Of a stretch of 64,000 nt of DNA, positions 16,937-27,201 are shown one piece after another. Position 1 is the stretch's first letter; every line of letters starts with the position of its first letter. The translations under genes were made by a program, and so were the position numbers. The DNA is from an uncultured Candidatus Bathyarchaeia archaeon (GTDB lineage Archaea; Thermoproteota; Bathyarchaeia; Bathyarchaeales; Bathycorpusculaceae). Under the pieces are notes generated by a model. That model was given only the letters and a program-made list of their open reading frames with translations, ran no database searches and was not told where the DNA came from. The stretch covers positions 15,060 to 79,059 of the forward strand of contig CAYVGZ010000001.1 of the NCBI GenBank assembly GCA_964450845.1, written 5' to 3'.

Positions 16937-18195
16937 TGAATCTTGAAAGTCTATTTGATATAGAAAATCTTGCTGGTCAAGAAATACCACCCGAAATTGC
17001 AGAACAGCTTAAGGTTCTTGGACGAGTTCACTTTCCATTAAAAGATACTACTGCGTCTGCTTTTTCTTCTAGTTCAGAACAGCCGTCAGCTGATGAAGTA
17101 GAAAACGAATCACGAATAAAGGATATATTGGACCATGTAAAAAATATGGAAGATCTAACTGAACAACTAGAAGATATGTTAGATCAGCTAACTAAAAACA
17201 TGAATATTCCAGTTGATGCATCAAATACTGCTCTTGTAAATGCGATCAAGTCTCTTGGAGGAGATGGAAGTAATATAGATAAAGAGCTATTTGATAAAGC
17301 TCAGGCTATTATAGACCATGCCCCGATTATGATAGCAATGGGTCTTGATCCTATTGGTGTTATTCTAGGAAATGGAAAGCTGGATGGACCTTTCATGAAT
17401 TGCGATGAAATTACCAGAGGCGTTGCCAAAGTATGGAACGAAGCAGATCCAGATAGTTTCACTCCAGACGCTCCTCTTAAAGACGCAGCCAGCGAAATAG
17501 CAAAGACCTTTGAAGAAAACAAAGCTAAGCAAGTACTTGAAATGCTTTTAATGCTGTGGTGGAATATGATGTGGCCTAAGTTTATAATAATGCTAACTAT
17601 AGTAAATCCTATACGAACATTAATCGCTTATCCTTTAGATACTATTATTACCTTTTTTAAAAGTATGAAACCTCAATGTAATAAGCTAGCGTTTAAATTC
17701 AAACCTAAAGAATGTTTAAAAAACTACGGACCATTAAATAAGGCACTTAATAAGCTTGCGTGTTTTTTACTATGTAAAATACCGCCTAAGTTATATAAAA
17801 GATATAAGCCAATGATTGATCCTAGTGAATTTAAAATATTAAAAAATGGTAAACTAGTTCCATGCAATTGTGCTACGCTAGAAAAGTGCCCACCTTCTAA
17901 GACTAAAGACCCAGATAAATTTGACAAAGATAAGGGCATGACTGAAATGGGCAAGTTAATGGATAGTATTGATGATAACTGTGTTGAAGAAAGCGACTAT
18001 TTGGATGGAGTAGATACTAAACAACCAGAAGGATTAGGGCTTAATCCTAACTGTTTAGATGCAGCTCGTCAAGTATTAGATGCGGTTTTATCTGATGCGT
18101 TGACTCCGAGAGACCCGTCTAAAGCTGGAATTTCTGGTTCACAATCAGTAAGTTCTATATTACAATATCAAAATAGTCAAATAGGAGTAAATTAA
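16936..18195 (+). CDS. Hypothetical protein (419 aa), acidic N-terminus, hydrophobic core, Cys-rich C-terminal half
   Basis: TAATG-coupled to terL. Contains MLLMLWWNMMWPKFIIMLTIV and several Cys pairs. Confidence 0.5.
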   Translation: MNLESLFDIENLAGQEIPPEIAEQLKVLGRVHFPLKDTTASAFSSSSEQPSADEVENESRIKDILDHVKNMEDLTEQLEDMLDQLTKNMNIPVDASNTALVNAIKSLGGDGSNIDKELFDKAQAIIDHAPIMIAMGLDPIGVILGNGKLDGPFMNCDEITRGVAKVWNEADPDSFTPDAPLKDAASEIAKTFEENKAKQVLEMLLMLWWNMMWPKFIIMLTIVNPIRTLIAYPLDTIITFFKSMKPQCNKLAFKFKPKECLKNYGPLNKALNKLACFLLCKIPPKLYKRYKPMIDPSEFKILKNGKLVPCNCATLEKCPPSKTKDPDKFDKDKGMTEMGKLMDSIDDNCVEESDYLDGVDTKQPEGLGLNPNCLDAARQVLDAVLSDALTPRDPSKAGISGSQSVSSILQYQNSQIGVN

Positions 18196-18440
18196 TGCAT
18201 ATTACTAAAAACGGATATGTTGCGGGCGCAGTATTAATGATACCATTTGCTAAAAAGGTAAGAGACCATATTGAATACGAAAAATTTCTTTGTAGAATAA
18301 TGATAGATAATGAAGTCACCCAAGAATTTAAAAAGAAAACATCAGAGTTAAAAGATCAACTATATTCTCTAAGATATAATGGTAAAGGCGCTATTAGACT
18401 AACTGCTGAATGGAGAAATAAAAATGACAATAAGAGCTAA
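18195..18440 (+). CDS. Hypothetical protein (81 aa)
   Basis: TAATG-coupled small ORF. Confidence 0.4.
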   Translation: MHITKNGYVAGAVLMIPFAKKVRDHIEYEKFLCRIMIDNEVTQEFKKKTSELKDQLYSLRYNGKGAIRLTAEWRNKNDNKS

Positions 18441-19704
18441 TCAAGCAAATTCAAATGAAGATGTGTCAAATTTCTCTCAAAATGCAGAAGCTGTAGTAGA
18501 GAGTTCGTTTGGTAGACTTGGCAAGCTTTCTGTAAAAGATGTTTTAGGTTTTTCTACTCTTGAAAGAAAACTTGGAAAAAACGTTGGAGAGGTAATACTT
18601 CTTGATGAGCTTATTAATAATCTAGACAGACCTATTTTGAAGGGTTTGTTAATGGATACTATTGGTGTAGTCTCTACTTGGTTTGAAGACCCAGAAATTC
18701 TGTGTTGTTTAATACAAGGAATTTGGGCTATGTATGCTGCAACCTATTCAAATACTGATCTAGCTAAGCTTTCAAGAGATGGAGCAGGTTTAGCAGATAC
18801 AGACTTTGTTAAGTGGTTAGATGTGCTGATAGCATTTGTTGATCTTATTATTACTTTTATAAGTTCTGATATAAAAAAAATATCAACAATGATTCCAGAC
18901 TTTATTAAAGAGATAGCCAATGGTGTTATAGGTGCAGTGCTGTTAGTCCTTCAAGAAGTTTTATTTGCTCTTAGAGACAGCGCTATTAATTATATCATTC
19001 AACAAATTAATAGAGCCCAACAAATACCCTTAGATATAGAAAATATTTGGGCTAAATGTATTCCATTTGCTCAACTTCTTGATATATTAAAGAAGTATGT
19101 TTCCGATCATGGATTATTTGCTGAACTGTTTATAAAGATTAAAGGATTCATAGCTGCTAAGGTTGGCGACTTTGGCTATATGAAAAAATTAGATTTTCCT
19201 AAAAGCGTAAATGATTTAGAGTTTCTATATTGGTTTAGAGATCTTCTGATTAAATTAAAGCAAGCAGCTATTAATTTTGATTTATGTGTTTTTTATGGAT
19301 CAGCGGCGCCGACTGGTGCTGTTGCAAATGAAATTCCACCTAGTCCAGAAGATGAACAAAGAGTTGGACTTCCAAAAGAACAAACTAGACGCCCTAATCC
19401 TAATGAAGTTCAAGGAATTAAAGTAACCTCTGATGGAACTATACTAAGAGACGCTGATGGAGGACGCGATAGAATTCCTCTATTAGCAAATAGCTCTGTT
19501 AGAACTTTTCTTAATAAATATTATGGCTATCCCCTAGCGGTAGTTGACAACATTTTAGTTGGGTCATCGTCAGCAGATTCAATAGTTGGGTCAAATATAA
19601 ATACAGCGGCTAATATATCTAGCTTAAATGCGGATTGCCCAGGGGCTCCAATGCCACAAGAAACAGTTAAATGGGCTCTTAAAATAAGAAATAGGAACTT
19701 GTAA
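18424..19704 (+). CDS. Hypothetical protein (426 aa) with hydrophobic segments
   Basis: ORF between terL and the portal gene. No motif recognised. Confidence 0.5.
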   Translation: MTIRANQANSNEDVSNFSQNAEAVVESSFGRLGKLSVKDVLGFSTLERKLGKNVGEVILLDELINNLDRPILKGLLMDTIGVVSTWFEDPEILCCLIQGIWAMYAATYSNTDLAKLSRDGAGLADTDFVKWLDVLIAFVDLIITFISSDIKKISTMIPDFIKEIANGVIGAVLLVLQEVLFALRDSAINYIIQQINRAQQIPLDIENIWAKCIPFAQLLDILKKYVSDHGLFAELFIKIKGFIAAKVGDFGYMKKLDFPKSVNDLEFLYWFRDLLIKLKQAAINFDLCVFYGSAAPTGAVANEIPPSPEDEQRVGLPKEQTRRPNPNEVQGIKVTSDGTILRDADGGRDRIPLLANSSVRTFLNKYYGYPLAVVDNILVGSSSADSIVGSNINTAANISSLNADCPGAPMPQETVKWALKIRNRNL

Positions 19705-21749
19705 TGAATATAATAGAAAGAGGACGTAAAGCATTAAAGGCTTTCAATTCTAAAGAAGAAGAAGAAGAAATCCTAGCTAACGGTCAGCTGGCAGATAAAA
19801 AAGATGTAGATGATCCTACTGGAAAATTTTCTGGCATGAGACACGTTAGCACTTTCTATAAGACAGAGAGACTAAGACGTAACGTAGAGTTTTATAAACC
19901 AGAATACGATCTTCCTACCATAGCAAATGCTATCCAAATGGATGGTATACTTCAACGAGCCACCAATGTATTTGTGGAGCAGATCCTAAAGAATGGATAT
20001 GAATTTACGTCTAAGAACGAAAAACTACAGAAGCATGTAGTTAAAAGGCTTAAAGAAATTCAGAATCTTACTGGGGTCTCATTCTATGAAACAATGAATT
20101 ATGTTGCCAAACAGCTAGTTACGTACGGAAACTGTTATATTATTAAAGTTCGTTCTGCATCTAAGTGTGAGACTGGTAGACCTTTTAGATTATATGGGAA
20201 GAATCTTGATCCTGTAGTAGGCTTATTCGTAGCTGACGCGACTACTATTGAAATTGGTGTTAATAAAGATGGGCAAGTTGTTAATTATAAACAAATTATA
20301 CGAGGAGAAGAAACGTTCTGGGATGAAAGAGATGTAATACATCTTACTTACAATAAAATTCCAGGAACTCTTACTGGAATGTCTAGTATAATTCCAATCC
20401 TAGATGACGTAAGAGCCCTTAGAAAACTCGAAGAAGAAATAGAAATCTTAGGATTTCAATATTCTATTCCTCTCTATCTTTATAAAGTTGGAACCAAAGA
20501 CCAACCGCCAGCCCCAAATGAAATTGAACAAGTAACTTCAACAGTTAATAATATGCCAGCCTATGGCATGTTAGTTGTTCCTGGCCACCACACAATTGAA
20601 GTCCCAACTAATAACAACACACCAGTAGACTTAATTAGTTTTATAAATCACTTTAAGAGACGAATCTACTCTGGTCTAGGTATCTCTCCTATTGCTATGG
20701 GTGAAGTCGAGACTTCTAATAGAAATACCGCTGAAATTCTAGACCTATCTATGCAGACTATTACTAAGAGATATCAACAGATTATTAAGCACGGATTTGA
20801 GATGGAGCTTATTCGCGAATTCATGCTAGATGGTGGTTTTGATACTATTAGAGACCAAGTTGAATTTAGCTTCCCAGAAATAGACCTTGAAAATCAGATT
20901 AAGAAAGAAAATAATATTATTCAGAAATGGCAGAACAACCTTATTTCTAGATCTGAAGCAAGACTTGAACTTGACTACGAAAAGAGTATTGATGAAGCAG
21001 ATACCATCCTACAAGATGTTACTATTCCTGAAATTAATGCTAAGACTGGTATCGCAATTGGGGTAGCAAAGATTGGGGCTAAAGCTAGAGGCGCAGCTAT
21101 TGATAAGTCTGGCAGTTCGTCTACAGCAGCTAAGAAGTCTACTGCTAATGCTACTAGACCAACTAACCAACATGGAACATCCAGTGGAAGACCTAAAATT
21201 ACAAGAGATTTTATATCAGACTTAGATTACACTATTTCGGGTAAAATAAGTAACATGCTTCTTGATAATGGCTATACGAGCAATCTTAATGTAACAACGC
21301 TGGCAGATAAGATTTCTCTAGATGTCAAGTCTAAACTTAAAGAGCAGATTGACTATAACTTGAAGCAGATTAGCGATTTTCATCATGTAGATATTTCAAC
21401 TATTGATATGACTGCAGTCGACCTATATCTTTCTGATGTAGAACATCTTTTAAAGGATAAAATAACAAGAGTAGGTAGACGCGCAACAGACGAGATTAAA
21501 GTTAGCGTTATAACAGATGATATCAAAAAGTTTTTAGATATGCAGAAAACTAAGGCGCTTAATCTATCAAAAATGTTAATTTATAAATCGTTAGGCTTTA
21601 AGACTATACTAGTAGAGTCAAAGGAATGTTTGAACCATGTTCCTACAAATATAAGTTCAAACGACTTATTCTATGCACATATACCTCCTTTCAGGTATAA
21701 TTGCAAATGCAGCGTTGATGAAGAGAGTTTGTATGAATTTCAGGAATAA
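19704..21749 (+). CDS. Portal protein with MuF/SPP1-gp7-like C-terminal extension
   Basis: Sits between terL and the protease gene. VRALRKLEEEIEILGFQYSIPLYLYKVGT resembles the portal R-x-L-x-x-LE...P-x-x-x-x-x-VG stem motif. After a Ser/Thr/Ala linker, the C-terminus ECLNH...HIPPFRYNCKCSV resembles the MuF PPxHPNCRC motif. Confidence 0.65.
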   Translation: MNIIERGRKALKAFNSKEEEEEILANGQLADKKDVDDPTGKFSGMRHVSTFYKTERLRRNVEFYKPEYDLPTIANAIQMDGILQRATNVFVEQILKNGYEFTSKNEKLQKHVVKRLKEIQNLTGVSFYETMNYVAKQLVTYGNCYIIKVRSASKCETGRPFRLYGKNLDPVVGLFVADATTIEIGVNKDGQVVNYKQIIRGEETFWDERDVIHLTYNKIPGTLTGMSSIIPILDDVRALRKLEEEIEILGFQYSIPLYLYKVGTKDQPPAPNEIEQVTSTVNNMPAYGMLVVPGHHTIEVPTNNNTPVDLISFINHFKRRIYSGLGISPIAMGEVETSNRNTAEILDLSMQTITKRYQQIIKHGFEMELIREFMLDGGFDTIRDQVEFSFPEIDLENQIKKENNIIQKWQNNLISRSEARLELDYEKSIDEADTILQDVTIPEINAKTGIAIGVAKIGAKARGAAIDKSGSSSTAAKKSTANATRPTNQHGTSSGRPKITRDFISDLDYTISGKISNMLLDNGYTSNLNVTTLADKISLDVKSKLKEQIDYNLKQISDFHHVDISTIDMTAVDLYLSDVEHLLKDKITRVGRRATDEIKVSVITDDIKKFLDMQKTKALNLSKMLIYKSLGFKTILVESKECLNHVPTNISSNDLFYAHIPPFRYNCKCSVDEESLYEFQE

Positions 21750-23256
21750 TAAATACTTGCCTGACAGTATACAGATTAAACTTAAGGCTACTCACTTTAA
21801 CTATATTAATAAGAATGCTGTGAGGTATACTGACAATGCAGTTAAAGCTGGAGCCGATACTTGGGTAAAACCTTATCAGAAACCACAGCTAGTAGGCCAC
21901 GATAAGCAAACCGACCCCATAGGTAGAATAACTAGCTATCAGGTTCTTCACACCGATTCTTTGTCAGAACCACCAGATTATATTGAGCTTACAGCTAAAA
22001 TAACAGATGCCGCAGCCATTGAAAAAATAATGGATGGGCGCTATAATACTGTATCAGTTGGTTCAAAAAGTAGCAAAGTTATCTGCAGTGAATGTAGTCA
22101 GAACATAATTGAGGATGGTCTTTGCGCACATAAAAAGGGCGCATTGAATTCTAAAGGAAAACGTGTACATTGGATTATTGATCAACTTGACTACGTCGAG
22201 TGCTCTTTCGTTAATGAACCAGCAGACGAATATGCCTGTATTGATCAAATAAATATAGGGAATGGTTTTATTCCTTATAAAGATTTCTTGGATAACCGAG
22301 AAACTTTACTTTCTGAACTCTTAATGGAGGACGAGCTAATGGCTAGTAATACAGATGCAAAGCTTTCCTACGCTTCGAGACAGAATCTTCCAGATAGTGC
22401 TTTCTGTTATGTAACTGGTTCAGGTGAGCAGAAGGTCCGTAAGTTTCCTGCACATGATGCAGCTCACGTAAGAAACGGACTTGCTAGATTAACCCAAGCT
22501 AAGCTACCAGATAGTGCTAAATCAAAAATTCTTGCTTGCTTAAAGAGACGAGCAAAGCGTTTTGGAATCAAAGTTGGTACAGACTTTCTTTCTGAAGATG
22601 CTTTGAACTATATTAATAGCATTGACTCTACTCTTGGTCTTAATGACGGTTGGACTGAAGAAGAGATCAAGGCTGTTGAAGAACTCTTTGCGGCAGATCC
22701 AGACTTCGATACTATTCCAGAGGAAAAAGATTCAGCAACTCCTCAGGCAACTGAAGAAGTACAGGATGCAGACAAGATGAAAAAGGATGAGCTAATTGAG
22801 GCTTTTAAGAAGCTTCAGGAAGATTCAAAGAACGCGTTAGCTGAAAGAGATAATAAAATTAAGCAGTTGGAAGACAAAGTTAGCGAGATTCAAACTATAC
22901 TACTTGAAAGAGAAGATGAAGTGAATCGCTACCTTGATCAGACTGCTGATCTAGAGCGTAGGCTTAGAGATTCAATTGTTGAAAACATAATTGATCTGAA
23001 AAAGCCAGATAATAAAGAAGAGCGCGAGAGTATCAAAGCCAAACTAACAGGTAGAACACTTGAAAGTTTAGCAGACAGTCTCTCAGACTTGAGAAACATT
23101 GAAACTAAATCTGAAGATTCACCAGAATCTAAGGATAGAGTAAATGATCCTACGACACAGAAACAAGAACAAGCATATTCTGTGAAAGAGGATGAAAAGA
23201 CGAAAGACCCTTGGGCTGTCTTTTCAAAAGATAATAGAACCGTGGAGGTTGAATAA
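21733..23256 (+). CDS. Prohead protease (HK97 gp4/S78-U35-like) fused to a coiled-coil scaffold-like C-terminal half
   Basis: QLVGHDKQTDPIGRI (catalytic-His motif) and RYNTVSVGS (Ser motif). LPDSAFCYV...RKFPAHDAAHVRNGLARL box. C-terminal heptad-rich acidic region. Start chosen at ATG 21733; the track start 21673 overlaps the portal gene by 77 nt. Confidence 0.55.
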   Translation: MNFRNNKYLPDSIQIKLKATHFNYINKNAVRYTDNAVKAGADTWVKPYQKPQLVGHDKQTDPIGRITSYQVLHTDSLSEPPDYIELTAKITDAAAIEKIMDGRYNTVSVGSKSSKVICSECSQNIIEDGLCAHKKGALNSKGKRVHWIIDQLDYVECSFVNEPADEYACIDQINIGNGFIPYKDFLDNRETLLSELLMEDELMASNTDAKLSYASRQNLPDSAFCYVTGSGEQKVRKFPAHDAAHVRNGLARLTQAKLPDSAKSKILACLKRRAKRFGIKVGTDFLSEDALNYINSIDSTLGLNDGWTEEEIKAVEELFAADPDFDTIPEEKDSATPQATEEVQDADKMKKDELIEAFKKLQEDSKNALAERDNKIKQLEDKVSEIQTILLEREDEVNRYLDQTADLERRLRDSIVENIIDLKKPDNKEERESIKAKLTGRTLESLADSLSDLRNIETKSEDSPESKDRVNDPTTQKQEQAYSVKEDEKTKDPWAVFSKDNRTVEVE

Positions 23257-24398
23257 TGGCTATTGGAAATCTAGGATTGCCATTTAATCAACACAGGACT
23301 CAGAAGTACGACTTAAGAGCAAGGCCTTCTAAGTATGCTATGTCGGATATCAGAAGCTGGAGATTTGAACAGTCTGAAGGTATTCGCCCAGCAGAATATT
23401 ATGCCCCTTATAAGTATCTTCCTGTGCAGCTACAAGACGTAAACACCGATGACTGGGTAGTAATACCTAAGGGTCGCGTCGTGGCCGCGCTTTCTCAGAA
23501 CGATTCAACACCTCTATCAGGTATTGTAACTCCTTCTGCTACTGGATATATAAACGTTGGTTTTGAAGCTCCAGAGCTTGGAAGTAGTCTGATTACAGCG
23601 CAGATCGATGAGGCCTATTTTGGATATGATATTCATATCGCAGGACTATTAGTACCATGTAATGGTGGTGCTACAATGAGTGGATTTTATAGTTCAGATG
23701 ACGTTACAGCTGAAACTATAACTGCGGCAGGCACCGTAGCTACTGCAAGCGGAGCATTCACTCTACCTGCTAATGCACCTATCGGAGTTGTATTCCATGA
23801 CTGGTATCAAGATATCCGTGGAAAATGGCTTAACTATAGAATGCATTCAGATGGTGGACACGTTTTAACTGACTGGTATGTCGAAGTTCCATTCGTACAA
23901 GTTTACGATGCTGGATCATATTCTGGAGTAAATCCTCAGGCTGTGACAAACGACTATGCCCATATGGTTAAATGGAGAGAAATTAATAAGCAGTATACTT
24001 ATCTAACAGTAAATCTTAACGACGCTGAAGTTTTCAGAAATGGTCTGTACGTAAAATCAGACTTGATTGGAAACTATAAACTGCAGCTAGAAACAACAAA
24101 TGCTTCAGGCTTTGCACTTTATACAGATCCTTTCAATATGGTTAAAACTAACCAGACAGTTGGTAAGATATTAGCAATTGACAGCAGATTCCCTAAGGAC
24201 ATGCTAGAAGATGTGCAGACATATCCAAGATCAGGAATGCCAGGTACCCAGACAGCTGGAATGCCTAAGTTCTTGTTCGACTTCGTATATGACTGTATTC
24301 GCATCGGTACTGGCACTGCTCCTACGGTTGAAGGCGTCTATAATGCTATCCGAAGCGGTATGTTCGGATTAGTACGAATCCAGCTACTTGTTTCGTAA
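23256..24398 (+). CDS. Capsid-associated protein (second capsid/decoration candidate)
   Basis: 380-aa ORF between the protease-scaffold gene and the major capsid candidate. Called on position only. Confidence 0.3.
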   Translation: MAIGNLGLPFNQHRTQKYDLRARPSKYAMSDIRSWRFEQSEGIRPAEYYAPYKYLPVQLQDVNTDDWVVIPKGRVVAALSQNDSTPLSGIVTPSATGYINVGFEAPELGSSLITAQIDEAYFGYDIHIAGLLVPCNGGATMSGFYSSDDVTAETITAAGTVATASGAFTLPANAPIGVVFHDWYQDIRGKWLNYRMHSDGGHVLTDWYVEVPFVQVYDAGSYSGVNPQAVTNDYAHMVKWREINKQYTYLTVNLNDAEVFRNGLYVKSDLIGNYKLQLETTNASGFALYTDPFNMVKTNQTVGKILAIDSRFPKDMLEDVQTYPRSGMPGTQTAGMPKFLFDFVYDCIRIGTGTAPTVEGVYNAIRSGMFGLVRIQLLVS

Positions 24399-24410
24399 GG
24401 AGGAAACCTA

Positions 24411-25736
24411 ATGGCTAATTTTATGACAATAAGAGATCAGGTTGCTTACGAGCTTTATGGCCAGGATGCTGATAATCGAAACAAGTTCTACAACGTTTAC
24501 GACGCTTTCCAGAATCGTGGAAGAATCCTGGACAAGGATGGCAACTACAACAAGTTCGAACTAAAGGACTTGGTAACAAGAGAAGACCTAATGCGCTTTA
24601 TTCCTCAAACAGTTGAAACTGTTGTGAGAGAAGCGATTGAACCTAACCTCTTTATCGTTGATCGTCTGTTCCAGAGAATCACGATTGAGAGAGGATCACG
24701 TATACAGATCGGTGCTCTTGGAGCACTTGAGGCTGCACGCGTAGGTCAGGCAGGCGAATATCAGGAGAAAACTCTTGATCTAGATGGTGGAGATATGATT
24801 GCGCTTACGACAGATAAGCACGGTCTAAAGATCTCCCTAACAGAGGAAGTCCTTCGTGACAACCTTTGGGACGTTGTGAACGTGTGGCTTAGAGCCGCTG
24901 GCCGCGCTCTGGCAAGACACAAAGAACGTCAAGCTGCAAAGATTATTAGTGAAATGGGTTACGATGTGTTTGATAACATCAATCCAACTAATAGTTATGC
25001 AGGTGTAACTACAGGTCGTGATATTACTGGAACTGCAAATGGTTCAATGACAGCTAACGATATTTTTGAGATGTATGCTTATCTCCTAAACCGTGGCTTC
25101 ACACCAGACGTAGTAATGATGCATCCACTAGCGTGGAAGACATTCATGTGCGACACTGAGATGAGAGAAGTTGTTCTCGCTGGTAACACAGTGGTAAGTC
25201 GTAGAGCGCCTAACGGCGAAGCTCCTATGGCTTGGGGAACATCCCACAACGGCTTCGGCTTCAGAACATCGCAGACTGGTAATATGCAGACATCAGGGAA
25301 TACAATAAAGGGTGCTAGCCCATGGGTACAGACTCTGAACCCACTTGGCAACACATTCAATATTGCTCCAAGATATCTACCAGGACCTCTAGAAGTAATT
25401 GTTACTCAGTATGTTCCATTCTCCTACGGCGGAGCTCTCTATGAGAGAATCGACGCTGGTTGCAGAACAAACGTGGTTATGGTTGACTCCAGCAACTGCG
25501 GTGTTATCGGTCAGTCTCAGGAAGTTACAACTGATCGTTGGACAGATCCTGAAAGAGATATCGAGAACATCAAGATGAGAGAAGAATATGGCTTTGCTAT
25601 CCTCGAGCAGGGTAAGGGCATCGCTGTTGCACGTAACATTGCAATCGCACGCAACTACAACTTTGAGAATGCTAATAGTCAGACACTGTCTAATATAAAC
25701 CTTAGCGGTGCAATCCTTACAGGAACTTCTCTATAA
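24411..25736 (+). CDS. Major capsid protein candidate
   Basis: 441-aa ORF with a perfect SD (AAGGAGGAA). It is the last gene before a strong terminator and sits downstream of portal and protease. Codon usage looks highly expressed (GC-richer third positions). No diagnostic motif verified. Confidence 0.5.
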   Translation: MANFMTIRDQVAYELYGQDADNRNKFYNVYDAFQNRGRILDKDGNYNKFELKDLVTREDLMRFIPQTVETVVREAIEPNLFIVDRLFQRITIERGSRIQIGALGALEAARVGQAGEYQEKTLDLDGGDMIALTTDKHGLKISLTEEVLRDNLWDVVNVWLRAAGRALARHKERQAAKIISEMGYDVFDNINPTNSYAGVTTGRDITGTANGSMTANDIFEMYAYLLNRGFTPDVVMMHPLAWKTFMCDTEMREVVLAGNTVVSRRAPNGEAPMAWGTSHNGFGFRTSQTGNMQTSGNTIKGASPWVQTLNPLGNTFNIAPRYLPGPLEVIVTQYVPFSYGGALYERIDAGCRTNVVMVDSSNCGVIGQSQEVTTDRWTDPERDIENIKMREEYGFAILEQGKGIAVARNIAIARNYNFENANSQTLSNINLSGAILTGTSL

Positions 25737-25764
25737 TACTTGAGTAGCTTGAGGTAGTAGAGTA

Positions 25765-25796
25765 GGGGGCTTGAGAAATCAGGCTCCCCTTTTTTA
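25765..25796 (+). terminator. Rho-independent terminator after the capsid gene
   Basis: 10-bp stem (25765-25774 pairs with 25779-25788, two G-U pairs), GAAA tetraloop, then TTTTTT. Confidence 0.75.
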
Positions 25797-25837
25797 TTTG
25801 GGACAATTGATTACCTCTTAACTATAATAGATTAGTG

Positions 25838-25849
25838 GAACTATACTAT
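25838..25849 (+). promoter_or_regulatory. GAACTATACTAT motif copy, preceded by variant AACTATAATA (25820-25829)
   Basis: Intergenic, just after the terminator. TATACT ends 51 nt before ATG 25898. The copy at 50944 has the same spacing to ATG 51004. Confidence 0.35.
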
Positions 25850-25897
25850 TCAGGTATAGAATTTGGAGCATTCCAATTTTTGAGAAAGGAAATTAGA

Positions 25898-26581
25898 ATG
25901 GCGGCAGCTAAAGAAAAAGCATTTAAATTGCCACGTTATTTGAGATTAAATCGTGGCTCGATGTGGTTTGATACTGACGGAGAAAATGCGTCAGGCATTA
26001 AGTTGTATGCAGTTGATACAGTATTTGTTGGTCGTGGACATAGAGCCCTGTTGGATGAAAACAAGCAGCCTCAAAGTATGCCAGAAGTTCCAAAGGATAA
26101 ATTTGGGAATCAAAACTTTATAGACTATGGCTTTGTTGATGCTAAAAATCTTCCTTGGTATGTAGACACAAAAGACATACCAACAGAAAAGTTATCTAGA
26201 GTTATATTAGCGTATAAACATGCTATATTAGTAGAGGCTGATCCAAATAATCCTCCTAAGAAACCTAACTCTGAAGAACAGACTAAGGATTTTTCTTATA
26301 ACAATAAGGGTGAACGTGTCTTTGTTGGAAAAAACAAAGAAATGTTTAAGAGATTACATAATCTTAAATTTGATGAACTAAGACAGTTTGTGCTCTCATT
26401 CCCAAAAAATGAGACATCTAAAAATAACCTAATTGATTTATATCACTATGAACAGAAGGGTTATAATAGATTAGCTAGGCCAAGGCTTGAAGTATTAGAC
26501 ATGATTAGAGCTAAATTAAAAGAGTATGGTCCAACTATGTCAGCAATCAGAATTAATGAAGATCCCGATGAAGAGAAATAA
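25898..26581 (+). CDS. Hypothetical protein (227 aa from ATG 25898)
   Basis: ATG preceded by AAGGAA. The track start (GTG 25835) lies inside the promoter-like region. Confidence 0.5.
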   Translation: MAAAKEKAFKLPRYLRLNRGSMWFDTDGENASGIKLYAVDTVFVGRGHRALLDENKQPQSMPEVPKDKFGNQNFIDYGFVDAKNLPWYVDTKDIPTEKLSRVILAYKHAILVEADPNNPPKKPNSEEQTKDFSYNNKGERVFVGKNKEMFKRLHNLKFDELRQFVLSFPKNETSKNNLIDLYHYEQKGYNRLARPRLEVLDMIRAKLKEYGPTMSAIRINEDPDEEK

Positions 26582-26583
26582 AT

Positions 26584-27201
26584 ATGGCACTACTGGTAAT
26601 TAATCACTACCCTCCTATTAATGGTGTGGATATTCCTCGAAATATCCACATTAAAACTCAATTTAATTCTGGACTAATTCCAAATTCTTTAACTTATACA
26701 ACGATATCAGTTAATGATGCAGGAAACTATACAACAGTTCCAGGTACATTAGGAGTTGAGTATAATACTTCAGGTCAAGCAACTATAGCAGTTTTCCAGC
26801 CACTTCTTAATCTTACAGCAAATACAAAATATAAAGTTTATGTATTTGGTAAGCCTAATAGCGTGATCAGTACTGGAAATGAGCAATTAACAACTACCTA
26901 TTCGTGGGAATTTAATACAGGAACATCTTTGCTTGAAGGTCAAATGCCTGCTGGTATACCTAGTGGAGACTTAGATATAAGTGGAGTAGTTGAAAGTGGA
27001 GAAGTGCCAAGTGGAATTTATATTCCTGAAGAAGTAGATACAAGTACGTTCAGCGTGGTATCAACCGATCCTCAAAACCAGCAACCAAATAATCCAAGTG
27101 GATTAAGTTCAATTGATATTACTTTTAATCTGCAAATTGCTACTTCATTATCTGATATATCAGGATTTGTAACAGTTGAAGAAAAGGACGTATTAGCATA
27201 A
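26584..27201 (+). CDS. Ig-like (SbsA/Big_5-type) domain protein, probable head/neck decoration
   Basis: One complete Ig-like domain (...LNLTANTKYKVYVFG...YSWEFNTG). After a linker comes only the first half of a second domain (STDPQNQQ...SSIDITFNLQIATSLSDISGFVTVEEKDVLA*). Confidence 0.5.
   Translation: MALLVINHYPPINGVDIPRNIHIKTQFNSGLIPNSLTYTTISVNDAGNYTTVPGTLGVEYNTSGQATIAVFQPLLNLTANTKYKVYVFGKPNSVISTGNEQLTTTYSWEFNTGTSLLEGQMPAGIPSGDLDISGVVESGEVPSGIYIPEEVDTSTFSVVSTDPQNQQPNNPSGLSSIDITFNLQIATSLSDISGFVTVEEKDVLA

Noticed and set aside
21673-21732. Upstream start (21673) for the protease-scaffold gene.
   Set aside because: It would overlap the portal gene by 77 nt and add a hydrophobic, unmotivated N-terminus. 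ATG 21733, after a purine-rich stretch, is more plausible. ATG 21718 remains possible.
25835-25897. GTG 25835 as the start of the 25835-26581 ORF.
   Set aside because: It lies within the terminator/promoter-like gap and has no SD. ATG 25898 is preceded by AAGGAA at proper spacing.
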